IMG/VR virus record: IMGVR_UViG_3300035698_014711
Coordinates: 9,297 to 73,296 of that record
Origin: a virus
DNA: 64,000 bases
Direction: 5' to 3' (one strand)
In this document: in pieces, positions 28,617 to 36,422 of the stretch
How positions within the stretch are numbered: the stretch's first letter is position 1
How the letters are laid out: the number at the start of each line of letters is the position of its first letter
Notes under the pieces: model-generated
What the model saw: only the letters and a program-made list of their open reading frames with translations
Told to the model about the DNA's origin: nothing
Databases searched by the model: none
Position numbers and translations under genes: made by a program

Positions 28617-29276
28617 TTATTTTGATTTTTCTTTACGGAAGCTTTTCACATAGTCAAAGCCTGCTTTTTGGATCTTATCTTTATCAGCCAGAGGTTTGAT
28701 GTCAGGATTATTTGCAATGATACCCGAGACATATTGAAAGATCTCTTGGTGACAGGAGAATGCATCTAGGATAGAAGGAAGCCCTAAGGAGACAAGCCCA
28801 TCGCAGTTGATAGTATGGATCCATTTACCTTTCTCACGTTTAGCAAAAGAGACTGAGGTCACAATCCTATTGTCAATCAAAAACTTCTGGTAGGTTTCTC
28901 TATTAATTCCAAGAAATTCATCGATAGCAGGAATGATTTGCTTTCTCTTGTAGCGTGAGAGAATCTTTGTTAGCTTCTTATCACGAGTATAATGAAAGCC
29001 ATGGTGTGTTTCAACAAAGGGATAGCACTTAGTAGCTACTGTCACATACCCAAACCGGATATGAAAGGTATGACTACCGCACCAGAGACCTTGGTCTTTT
29101 TTGTCAAAGGTGTATGAAAGATTGGGGACATAACCGGGCCTACCAAAGCCGACACTCGGTAGAGCAAATGGGAGCTTAGCATTATCTACTTCAGTATTTG
29201 TTCTTTTAAACACATAAGCTTTATCAATACCATAGCCACATCCATCATAGTAATCGTGGCCTCGAATAATAAGCAT
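28617..29276 (-). CDS. Conserved phage hypothetical protein
   Basis: MLIIRGHDYYD..DKDKIQKAGFD..SFRK. Confidence 0.65.
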   Translation of the reverse strand: MLIIRGHDYYDGCGYGIDKAYVFKRTNTEVDNAKLPFALPSVGFGRPGYVPNLSYTFDKKDQGLWCGSHTFHIRFGYVTVATKCYPFVETHHGFHYTRDKKLTKILSRYKRKQIIPAIDEFLGINRETYQKFLIDNRIVTSVSFAKREKGKWIHTINCDGLVSLGLPSILDAFSCHQEIFQYVSGIIANNPDIKPLADKDKIQKAGFDYVKSFRKEKSK

Positions 29277-29488
29277 ATCACTTCTCCATTATAAAGAGCA
29301 TATACTGGCAAACATCTCATATTCTTCTATTATCAATTCTATAGTTTTGTGTGTATCTCTTGATTGTCTGTAAGCTCTATGTAAATGGACCCATTCAACA
29401 GGAAAATTAGATTCATAGAGTGCCCAATTCAAAAGATCATTGGGAAGATTTTCTCTTATAAGCAATTCATCCATAATACACCTGTAAT

Positions 29489-29560
29489 TGGAGCGGACAG
29501 AGGGAATCTAACCCTCTCCTTAAGTTTGGAAAACTATTTGGCTAACATAGCCCTGCCCGC
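29489..29560 (-). tRNA. tRNA-Gly (TCC)
   Basis: GCGGGCA/TGTCCGC acceptor, TTTCCAA loop, U73-CCA; short D arm. Confidence 0.8.
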
Positions 29561-29563
29561 ATA

Positions 29564-29616
29564 ACCGTGGAGTGTTGAGTTTTTATGCAATAAAATTAAG
29601 GAACACTCTTTACGGT
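29564..29616 (-). ncRNA. Bulged-stem RNA unit A (GTTCCTTA motif)
   Basis: ACCGT-AAA-GAGTGTT-CCTTA..AACACTC-C-ACGGT; late promoter at 29624-29631. Confidence 0.7.
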
Positions 29617-29634
29617 AGAATAGTATTTATAAGA

Positions 29635-29862
29635 TTAACATCGCATTTTTGGATCAGAATGAAAAGGACTCATTCCAGTTTTACCTGCATGAGCTTCATT
29701 AAGCTTTTCTTGTTGATCAGCTGGATAGCTTGGATCAATTTCATGAAGAAAAACCATATTCAAGTGTCTCTTGATTAGATCCACTTGCTGAGAGTTAATA
29801 TTAACAGGCTCGGCTACTTCAAAGAAGCCCTGTAGCCAATAGCAAAATTCTGTAGATTTCAT
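29635..29862 (-). CDS. Conserved small phage protein
   Basis: MKSTEFCYWLQGFFE..IKRHLNMVF; start set at 29862 after AAGGA. Confidence 0.75.
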   Translation of the reverse strand: MKSTEFCYWLQGFFEVAEPVNINSQQVDLIKRHLNMVFLHEIDPSYPADQQEKLNEAHAGKTGMSPFHSDPKMRC

Positions 29863-29877
29863 GTCAGTATCCTTAAA

Positions 29878-30067
29878 TGGCGAGTTGTAATTTGGTGGCA
29901 CGCAAGGGCCTTGCTTGATGTAAGGAACAACTTGTGCCGATGTGAATATGCCGGAGTGTAAGGTTTCTAAAATGAATGAATAAGGAACACTCTTTGGCAA
30001 TATGTTAATGATGAGCTGTTAAAAATCGGAGGTTGGTCCGACCACGAGTAAGGAACAGCTTTTATCA
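29878..30067 (-). ncRNA. Three tandem bulged-stem RNA units B, C, D (GTTCCTTA motif)
   Basis: Units at 29878-29939, 29949-29999 and 30009-30067 with compensatory stem changes. Confidence 0.7.
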
Positions 30068-30073
30068 AATTTC

Positions 30074-31819
30074 TTAAAGAGACAACAAAGCCTCCAATTT
30101 ATCATAGCTGAATGATGAATAAGTCAGATCGTAATCATACTCAACACCAGGTACAGCTACTTTATCATAGCCTACGCCAATCAGGCCAAGAACTTCTTGA
30201 AGAGTAAAGACAGAGTTAAGACCTTTTTCAATCAGAGGGTTCTTTCCGTTTGATGAAACATGCCTATTTCCCGTCCGTCCTGTAAACACAGTAAAGGTTG
30301 TGCCCTTGACAAAGCCAAGGATAACTTCCTTAGACTGCATAGTGAATTCTTCCTGAATGATTGGGTTCTGAATCCACTCCCCTTTGGTCTTTTGACCTAC
30401 AATCAATGAAGCCTTACAGCCAATTTCACCAGAGTAAATATTAACATTAAGACCATATTCAGAACCAGAAGAGGAGGTCATGAATTCCATAGCATCAGGG
30501 GTAGGTGTAACAACATCACCAGAATAGATAATCTGTCCGTCAGTATATCCACCAGTGCCGCCCCAGCCTATACGATTTCCATCTTTATCAATAGAAGATA
30601 AGTCAAGATCTCGAGCTCCACCGTCTTTATGCCAATAGATACCAGAAGAGATAGATTCTGCAGCAACGTGGATCTTTGTGCCAAAAGGTAGATTACCCAG
30701 AGTCTGCTTCTGAGAGATTGGAAGACCATAGTCAACATTAGTATCCAGAAGGATTTTCTTATCTTTCAGGTATTCTAGATCAACTTTAATAGAAGAAATA
30801 ATAGTATTCTGAAGCTGACCTAATACTTTCAGATCATAGACTTTAACATCTGCAGTCTTTACAAAGAGCTTGCCATTCCGAATATTGAAAACATCTACAT
30901 CTAGCTGCTTGCATTTATACTCAACCAGGTTAAGAAATTTGAACTTATCTCGCAGAGAAGCTTTAGATAATAGATCAAGGGGATCTGTAATCTTACCTGC
31001 AATAGCATCAGCAATGAAGGTCTTTGTCCATGACTGCTTGAGCGGAATATGAACTGTTTTGCTCAACCTAGAGATATAGTTAATCTGAGTTTTATTGCTC
31101 TTATGCTTGACAGACATAATTACTGCTTTGTGTCGGTTAAAGACTTGAGCAAGAGCAAGAGCGTTACGGCTATAAAAGCTTGAAGGAATAAGAGCGGCTG
31201 ACATTTTGCAAGCCTGGAGAACTTCTTTTGATTTAATCAGAAGAGTATCACCTGTTGCTCGATAGATAATATAGCGGACTGCATCATCACCACAATCAAA
31301 AGTGTCATTGTTAGCATCAAAGAGCAATACTCTAAGCTCGTTATTCTCAACAAGATTGACATTGAACTGAATGAGATACCTATCAATGATAGCTTTCAGA
31401 CCAAGGACATCCTTGACCGGAGCATTGCTATACATGAGCTTCCGAACTTTATCACCAAGTTCTTCTTCAGTAATGCCGATAACAAACTTTAGAGTAAAAG
31501 TAGGCTCTTGAGTCTCATTTATGATAGTAAAAGAACCACCAAGACCGTCAAGACCCATGCCATAAACTTCGAGATAATGGATGAACTGTGTGGTCAGAAG
31601 GTAAGGAAGTGAAGCCTTTTGTCGTTCTTCCACTGTAAAAAGAGTACGAACTGGGAGCCCACGATCATTATGCTTGAAAAACAATTGTTGCTCAGGAGAT
31701 GGGTTAAAGTTTAAAACATAACCATGCGCAATCATAGTAGTAACAAATGCATCTCTTGAAACCTGATCAGCATCAATTACAGTAGCATTAAATAGGTCTA
31801 GAACTTCTTTCATAATCAT
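30074..31819 (-). CDS. 581-aa protein with helical middle region and C-terminal TerD-like domain
   Basis: QFIHYLEVYG..FNRHK..GNLPFGT..GIYW..DLDLS..IGW..YSGDVV..AMEF. Confidence 0.65.
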   Translation of the reverse strand: MIMKEVLDLFNATVIDADQVSRDAFVTTMIAHGYVLNFNPSPEQQLFFKHNDRGLPVRTLFTVEERQKASLPYLLTTQFIHYLEVYGMGLDGLGGSFTIINETQEPTFTLKFVIGITEEELGDKVRKLMYSNAPVKDVLGLKAIIDRYLIQFNVNLVENNELRVLLFDANNDTFDCGDDAVRYIIYRATGDTLLIKSKEVLQACKMSAALIPSSFYSRNALALAQVFNRHKAVIMSVKHKSNKTQINYISRLSKTVHIPLKQSWTKTFIADAIAGKITDPLDLLSKASLRDKFKFLNLVEYKCKQLDVDVFNIRNGKLFVKTADVKVYDLKVLGQLQNTIISSIKVDLEYLKDKKILLDTNVDYGLPISQKQTLGNLPFGTKIHVAAESISSGIYWHKDGGARDLDLSSIDKDGNRIGWGGTGGYTDGQIIYSGDVVTPTPDAMEFMTSSSGSEYGLNVNIYSGEIGCKASLIVGQKTKGEWIQNPIIQEEFTMQSKEVILGFVKGTTFTVFTGRTGNRHVSSNGKNPLIEKGLNSVFTLQEVLGLIGVGYDKVAVPGVEYDYDLTYSSFSYDKLEALLSL

Positions 31820-31832
31820 TCCTCTTTCAAAT

Positions 31833-31906
31833 TGGATGTGCGAGCTGGGATCGAACCAGCATTAACGGGGTCAAAGGCCGCTTTCCTGCCATTAGAAGAT
31901 CGCACA
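31833..31906 (-). tRNA. tRNA-Gln (TTG)
   Basis: Canonical; paralog of the 26805 tRNA. Confidence 0.9.
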
Positions 31907-31910
31907 ATAA

Positions 31911-32045
31911 TCAATACTTAGTTTTCAGATCAATCTTATCCAGACGTCTCTGAGCTTTCTTTGTTTTTCCGTGAGCTCCACTCTTCCGAAAATGGGCATG
32001 GGCTGCAAACGGATTTCTGTTCTTTGGGCTTGGGCTCTTTTTCAT
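31911..32045 (-). CDS. 44-aa basic peptide (not in track)
   Basis: MKKSPSPKNRNPFAAHAHFRKSGAHGKTKKAQRRLDKIDLKTKY; RBS and early promoter at 32067-32097. Confidence 0.65.
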   Translation of the reverse strand: MKKSPSPKNRNPFAAHAHFRKSGAHGKTKKAQRRLDKIDLKTKY

Positions 32046-32310
32046 AATCATTTCCTCTGAATATTAACTATAACATAAAGAGGGCATGATGTAAACCTAT
32101 CTTTTTGTTTCTCGTGCCTTACATGCTTCATAAATAATCTGATTTCTGTCAGCGTCAGGCAATTTGCTACTTGTTACAAAACAAGAGACTCCCATGAAAC
32201 CTTTGATAGTAATTGGAGTTATCTCACGCATCAAGTTATCGAGACTTGTACGGAGTAAGAGCTTCTCAACATCAAATGATTTAGCTGTCATGTTCTATCC
32301 ATTGTTAAAT

Positions 32311-32387
32311 TGGTACCCAAGGTGAGAATTGAACTCACAATATTCAATCTTGTAAGAATCGATGGTCCACCAGGACGCGGCTCGGGC
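32311..32387 (-). tRNA. tRNA-Val (TAC)
   Basis: CTTACAA loop, T arm, CCA. Confidence 0.75.
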
Positions 32388-32396
32388 ATATAGTAT

Positions 32397-32480
32397 TGGT
32401 GCTGGCCATAGGATTCGAACCTATGACGTTGTTATAACGGATTACAAAACCGTTCCTTTCGGCCTCTCAGGCAGACCAGC
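32397..32480 (-). tRNA. tRNA-Thr (TGT), enlarged variable loop
   Basis: TTTGTAA loop, class II-like D arm. Confidence 0.8.
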
Positions 32481-32484
32481 ATTA

Positions 32485-32763
32485 TTATTCAGGCAGTACC
32501 ACGCAGGACAAACCTACAGGACCGGCGTCACCAAAGGCCATCACACAGAAAACATTGTCTGCAGTGGCAGCAGGGAATTCATAGACACGAACATCCCTGC
32601 CAAGTGCCTCAACTCGATAGCCTGTGCTTTCCTGTGTAGGAAGATCACCAACATCAGTTGAGAACCAACCCGCTCCTGCGGCACCAGACATTGAACTAAC
32701 AGTTATTAGAACAACACCAGCGGCAATAGCTAACAAACCTGATGGCTTAACAAAATTCAACAT
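32485..32763 (-). CDS. Small secreted/membrane protein
   Basis: Signal-like N-terminus; VRVYEF..C..C. Confidence 0.6.
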   Translation of the reverse strand: MLNFVKPSGLLAIAAGVVLITVSSMSGAAGAGWFSTDVGDLPTQESTGYRVEALGRDVRVYEFPAATADNVFCVMAFGDAGPVGLSCVVLPE

Positions 32764-32788
32764 AGATTCACTCCGTTTAATTTAGATA

Positions 32789-32875
32789 TGGAGGACAGGG
32801 TGGGATTCGAACCCACGATGGATGTTACTCAACGAATTAAAAGCCCGCTCCTTCGGCCGCTCAGGTCACCTGTCC
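32789..32875 (-). tRNA. tRNA-Lys (TTT) with long variable arm
   Basis: GCGGG-CTTTTAA-TTCGT, U73-CCA. Confidence 0.75.
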
Positions 32876-33318
32876 ATATGATGTTGGCAATGTTCCGCAG
32901 AACTTCTTAGCTACTCTCCGCTCGTAGCACCATTAGTCTAGTTAATTTCTTTTTCTTTTTCTTGTAGCATTGCTTTTAAAATAGCAATCAGGAAAGCCTG
33001 GCCTGCACTTTCAGATTTACCTTCGGCATAAGTAGTGCCGGGTCCGCCGGAGAAAGCATTGGTGAGCAGATCTAGGTTTGCTCACCTTATAGTTTAGAAA
33101 GTATATTTTACTTCAAGACCTGCCTGTGTGTTGTCTGAAGCTGTATCAAAGGACCGTCGGAGGTAGGAATGACTGTCACTTTATTTATGACCGCCACATC
33201 AAGTCCGAGTTCAACATACCCGCCTGCTCTTGCAAACTGATTGCTTGCATTGAAGCTATAACCTGCTTCAGAGAAGGCAGTTACTTCACCAGAGAAGGCA
33301 TAAGCATGGTTAGGCAAT

Positions 33319-33390
33319 TGGTAGTGTCACCGGGTATCGAACCCAGCCTATTCAGATATGAACCAAACGTCTGAACCTATCAGTGACACC
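33319..33390 (-). tRNA. Atypical tRNA-Met (CAT), possible 8/4 fold
   Basis: GGTGTCAC/GTGACACT acceptor, TTCATAT loop. Confidence 0.6.
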
Positions 33391-33399
33391 ATATTAACT

Positions 33400-33470
33400 T
33401 GGAACCCCCGGGGAGAATCGAACTCCCCGTCATCGGCTTCGAAAGCCTAGGCCGTCCCAGCGGCGGAGGT
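33400..33470 (-). tRNA. tRNA-Arg (TCG), short D arm
   Basis: GGC-TTTCGAA-GCC, T arm, CCA. Confidence 0.7.
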
Positions 33471-33476
33471 ATAAAT

Positions 33477-33550
33477 TGGCACAGATCTGAGGAATCGAAC
33501 CCCTTGTCAGATGGTTTGGAAGCATCCGTCTACCCAGTAGACATTAGACT
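33477..33550 (-). tRNA. tRNA-Trp (CCA), damaged 5' acceptor strand
   Basis: TTCCAAA loop, G73-CCA, poor acceptor pairing. Confidence 0.55.
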
Positions 33551-33600
33551 AGACCTATATTGTCTATAATATTTGTAGTTTTGTAGATGGTATAGAACAT
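33544..33600 (-). pseudogene. Seg-like GIY-YIG homing endonuclease 5' remnant
   Basis: MFYTIYKTTNIIDN then stop; preceded by a late promoter inside an inverted repeat. Confidence 0.65.
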
Positions 33601-33656
33601 GGTTTGTACTCATAGTTTTATTGTCACTACTATTTATACAAACCATGCTCTCTAAG

Positions 33657-33728
33657 TGGACCGCCGGGGAATCGAACCCCGTGACAGCAATCTTGCAAGG
33701 ATCGCCCGCTACCCCATAGACGCAGCCC
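33657..33728 (-). tRNA. tRNA-Ala (TGC), no encoded CCA
   Basis: G3-U70, CTTGCAA loop. Confidence 0.8.
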
Positions 33729-33736
33729 ATATTCTT

Positions 33737-33813
33737 TGGTACCCAAGGAGGGACTCGAACCCTCAAGACCTTCCGTTTGGGGAAGTATGCTATTCCTCTT
33801 ACGTTGCCTGGGC
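33737..33813 (-). tRNA. tRNA-Leu-like (CAA?) with 6-nt anticodon loop
   Basis: CTTCC-CCAAAC-GGAAG; 3' 28 nt identical to Leu-TAG at 35164. Confidence 0.55.
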
Positions 33814-33958
33814 ATATTATTGCTACCTACTCCATAGCTTTCCGATACTCTCTCCTTACGAGTATGACCTCGGAACACGGTGCTCGCGCAGACCTAAGAA
33901 GTTACCTTCTTCTCATATTTAAAGACCCTCAGGCTGAAACAGGGTCGTAGAAAACTTC

Positions 33959-34033
33959 TGGTGTTGTGCCGGGGAATCGAACCACCGTTGGACCGACCTA
34001 TACGGCCGCGCATTAACATTATGCTAGCACAAC
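33959..34033 (-). tRNA. tRNA with aberrant anticodon loop (GTA/TAT unresolved)
   Basis: Good acceptor and D arms; CGGCC-GTATA-GGTCG. Confidence 0.55.
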
Positions 34034-34037
34034 ATAT

Positions 34038-34127
34038 TGGCGGATGGAGAGGGAGTCGAACCCTCACGGCGCTTAAAGCCCTAACTGCTTTCAAAACAGC
34101 GGCCACCCCCAATTGGCTTGCCCATCC
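34038..34127 (-). tRNA. tRNA-Ser (TGA)
   Basis: Class II cloverleaf, G73-CCA. Confidence 0.9.
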
Positions 34128-34138
34128 GTATCTTATAA

Positions 34139-34540
34139 TCAATCGAAGTATGTTGGATCATCATGAGGATTACGCTTTTTTGGAGCTCTAGTTGTCTTCT
34201 TCTTTTTCCTCAGTTCATCTGATATTTCATAGTCTATACCAATACCATCATATTCGTCTTCTTCAGCAAAGTTATATGAAATTGCAATGACACCTCTAAT
34301 ACTAGGAGTCTCAAAAGATTCGTAATCGCCGTTTTTCTTATATGTCCACTTGGAATCACTTTTAAGAGTGGCAATTAATTTCTTAAGCTTCTTACGGTCG
34401 GCTTCATATACATCCGTGAAATTCTTGTCTGCTTTTTCAGTTGTCCCGCCAGTTATTTTCACGGCCATTTTAATAACAGTAGCTAAATCTTCTGTATTAG
34501 CTTCATTAAGAGAATGCATCAATTCTTTAAAGGTTTTCAT
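34139..34540 (-). CDS. Putative internal head protein
   Basis: MKTFKELMHSLNE/A capsid-targeting-like N-terminus; late promoter at 34567-34574. Confidence 0.6.
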   Translation of the reverse strand: MKTFKELMHSLNEANTEDLATVIKMAVKITGGTTEKADKNFTDVYEADRKKLKKLIATLKSDSKWTYKKNGDYESFETPSIRGVIAISYNFAEEDEYDGIGIDYEISDELRKKKKTTRAPKKRNPHDDPTYFD

Positions 34541-34594
34541 ACGATATCCTATTCTATGATTTAAAGTATTTATACATTCATACATTCAAAGAAT

Positions 34595-34675
34595 TGGTAC
34601 TAGGTGGTAGGTGGTAGAATTGAACTACGCATCAACATCCTTCACAGGGATGAGACCTCACCAGAGGAACCTAGC
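34595..34675 (-). tRNA. tRNA-His (GTG) with 7-nt tandem duplication
   Basis: CATCC-CTGTGAA-GGATG; CTACCAC twice at the T/acceptor junction. Confidence 0.6.
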
Positions 34676-34827
34676 ATGATAAACTTGTGGGTCTTATACA
34701 TTCGGTTAACCCTTCAGCTGATTGAGTTTCAACACCAGCGAGTAAAGCGCGTTGCGAACATCACGCGGCATGGTAGAAATTGGACCGATACAATGTCCTA
34801 AGCGTCTTTCGATAATCTGTCGGGCAG

Positions 34828-35085
34828 TCATTCGCAGGCCCCCATAAGCATTTCATCTGATGGGCCATTAATGTAATTTTGTGTTTCCAGTAAATCACCG
34901 GCAGTACCAAAGTAAAGCATTAATGAATTGTCATGGTATTCATCAAATGCTGGGCCACCTACGAGGTTAGGGCCACTTTCAGCATTACCATTGTCATGAT
35001 AATCTTCATTATAGGCAGTGTGCGTGAAGCCTGCTTCAATCAAGAAAGCGTGGGACGTGCTAAACGGTGTTCTATTATCAGACAT
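34828..35085 (-). CDS. Acidic hypothetical protein
   Basis: RBS and early promoter at 35117-35147. Confidence 0.55.
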   Translation of the reverse strand: MSDNRTPFSTSHAFLIEAGFTHTAYNEDYHDNGNAESGPNLVGGPAFDEYHDNSLMLYFGTAGDLLETQNYINGPSDEMLMGACE

Positions 35086-35163
35086 TTGGTTAATCCTTTG
35101 GTTTGGTTATAAGTTAACCATAACATAACCAGAGACATATGTAAACAACTAAATGATATATTT

Positions 35164-35241
35164 TGGTACCCAAGGAGGGACTCGAACCCTCAGACCTCAC
35201 CTTCTAAGGGTGATATGCTATTCCACTTACATCGCAGGGGC
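35164..35241 (-). tRNA. tRNA-Leu (TAG), short variable loop
   Basis: TCACC-CTTAGAA-GGTGA. Confidence 0.8.
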
Positions 35242-35251
35242 ATGATAAACT

Positions 35252-35327
35252 TGGTACCTGAGGAGGGAATTGAACTCTCTCATAAACACTAATCAGGTGC
35301 TCGTCTTTCCATTAGACAGTCTCAGGC
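35252..35327 (-). tRNA. tRNA-Ile (GAT)
   Basis: CTGATTA loop, CCA. Confidence 0.8.
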
Positions 35328-35331
35328 ATAT

Positions 35332-35406
35332 TGGTAGCGGGGTCAGGAATTTAACCTGAAGGAAGACGTGGTAATGAGCCAGTCTTGAGAAACATCTCTC
35401 CCCGCA
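35332..35406 (-). tRNA. tRNA-Met (CAT), initiator-like 1:72 mismatch
   Basis: TGCGGGG/CCCCGCT, CTCATTA loop. Confidence 0.65.
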
Positions 35407-35436
35407 CAAACTTTATAAGGTTCTTCCAGGGTGCCA

Positions 35437-35494
35437 GCCCTATGTAAATCATACCATTGATTATATTAGTAGTTTTGTAAATTGTGTAGTGCAA
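35437..35494 (-). pseudogene. Second Seg-like GIY-YIG remnant
   Basis: (TTG)HYTIYKTTNIINGMIYIG, then frame runs into a tRNA gene. Confidence 0.7.
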
Positions 35495-35550
35495 GAGAAG
35501 TACCTATAGTTTTACCATATAGTACTATCTATACTTCTCTTGCACTCTAT

Positions 35551-35623
35551 TAAAGCATACGGGATTCGAACCCGTGTTCACCGGGTGAAAACCGGCGCGT
35601 CCTTTCCAATAGACGAATGCTTC
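35551..35623 (-). tRNA. tRNA-Glu (TTC), no encoded CCA
   Basis: GCCGG-TTTTCAC-CCGGT, canonical T arm. Confidence 0.82.
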
Positions 35624-35676
35624 ATAATGATGAAATTTATTATAACATAATCTAATGCCTATGTAAACAAAAGATT

Positions 35677-35771
35677 TGGTAGGCGCGGTGGGCATCGAAC
35701 CCACGGTGTGATCATTAATCTGTAGCAGATTTTAAGTCTGCCGCGTTTCAGCCAAACTTCGCCACGCGCCC
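35677..35771 (-). tRNA. tRNA-Leu (TAA)
   Basis: Class II cloverleaf. Confidence 0.9.
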
Positions 35772-35779
35772 GTTGTAAT

Positions 35780-35853
35780 TGGTGCTCCCGGAAGGAATCG
35801 AACCTTCGTGCGTCGGCTTAGAAGACCTTGCTTGGTAAACCACCAGCGGGAGC
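35780..35853 (-). tRNA. tRNA-Arg (TCT)
   Basis: CTTCTAA loop, T arm, CCA. Confidence 0.8.
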
Positions 35854-35860
35854 AATTAGT

Positions 35861-35936
35861 TGGTGCTGCCCCACAGAATTGAACTGTGGTTTTCGGCTCT
35901 TCAGACCGACGTGAGCACCAGCCTCACCAGAGCAGC
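35861..35936 (-). tRNA. tRNA-Phe (GAA)
   Basis: Canonical cloverleaf. Confidence 0.88.
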
Positions 35937-35942
35937 ATATTT

Positions 35943-36018
35943 TGGTCACTGTGGTAGGTCTCGAACCTACGATCTCCTAGTTCCAAACCAGGCGACTTAC
36001 CTACTAGCCTACACAGAG
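35943..36018 (-). tRNA. tRNA-Pro (TGG)
   Basis: Canonical cloverleaf. Confidence 0.9.
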
Positions 36019-36025
36019 ATAATCT

Positions 36026-36110
36026 TGGTGGGAGAGTGAGAAGTTGAATCTCTCGCTTTTACACTCAGGGTTTACAGTCCGTCTGTGGATACCCTCCACT
36101 GAACCCTCCC
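36026..36110 (-). tRNA. tRNA-Tyr (GTA)
   Basis: CTGTAAA loop, long variable arm. Confidence 0.75.
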
Positions 36111-36124
36111 AGGTTCTTAGTTAT

Positions 36125-36198
36125 TGGCGGCCCTGTGGGTAATCGAAACCCAATCTTCTCGCAGACAACGAGTAATAATACCTTTATACGACAGGGCC
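36125..36198 (-). tRNA. tRNA-Asp (GTC)
   Basis: CTCG-TTGTCTG-CGAG, G73-CCA. Confidence 0.85.
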
Positions 36199-36250
36199 AA
36201 ATGTCAGCCGGGAAATTCTTTATTGCCGCCGGATCGGTCAAATTGCAATT

Positions 36251-36321
36251 TGGAGCGGGTAGAGGGAATCGAACCCTCTCCTTGAGTGTGGCACACTTGT
36301 TGGCTCCATAGCCTTACCCGC
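36251..36321 (-). tRNA. tRNA-Gly (GCC)
   Basis: Paralog of Gly-TCC at 29489. Confidence 0.8.
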
Positions 36322-36336
36322 ATTTAAACTACATTG

Positions 36337-36422
36337 CTCTCCACCTTGGAATCGAACCAAGCATCGGATCTCTCACGTCAACTGATTAACAGTCAGCTCG
36401 CCCACCTTGAGCGCTGTAGAGA
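36337..36422 (-). tRNA. tRNA-Asn (GTT) with long variable arm, no CCA, extended acceptor helix
   Basis: GCTGA-CTGTTAA-TCAGT; flanks pair for about 20 bp. Confidence 0.7.

Noticed and set aside
29863-30000. N-terminal extension of ORF 29635..30000
   Set aside because: It overlaps the repeated RNA units; the recognisable protein and RBS start at 29862.
29564-30067. CRISPR-like array
   Set aside because: Shared sequence is only about 9 nt, units are structural rather than direct repeats, and no cas genes are adjacent.
27331-34801. ORFs overlapping tRNA genes (27331, 32362, 33530, 33630, 33656, 33894, 33961, 34604)
   Set aside because: Spurious translations of GC-rich tRNA sequence.
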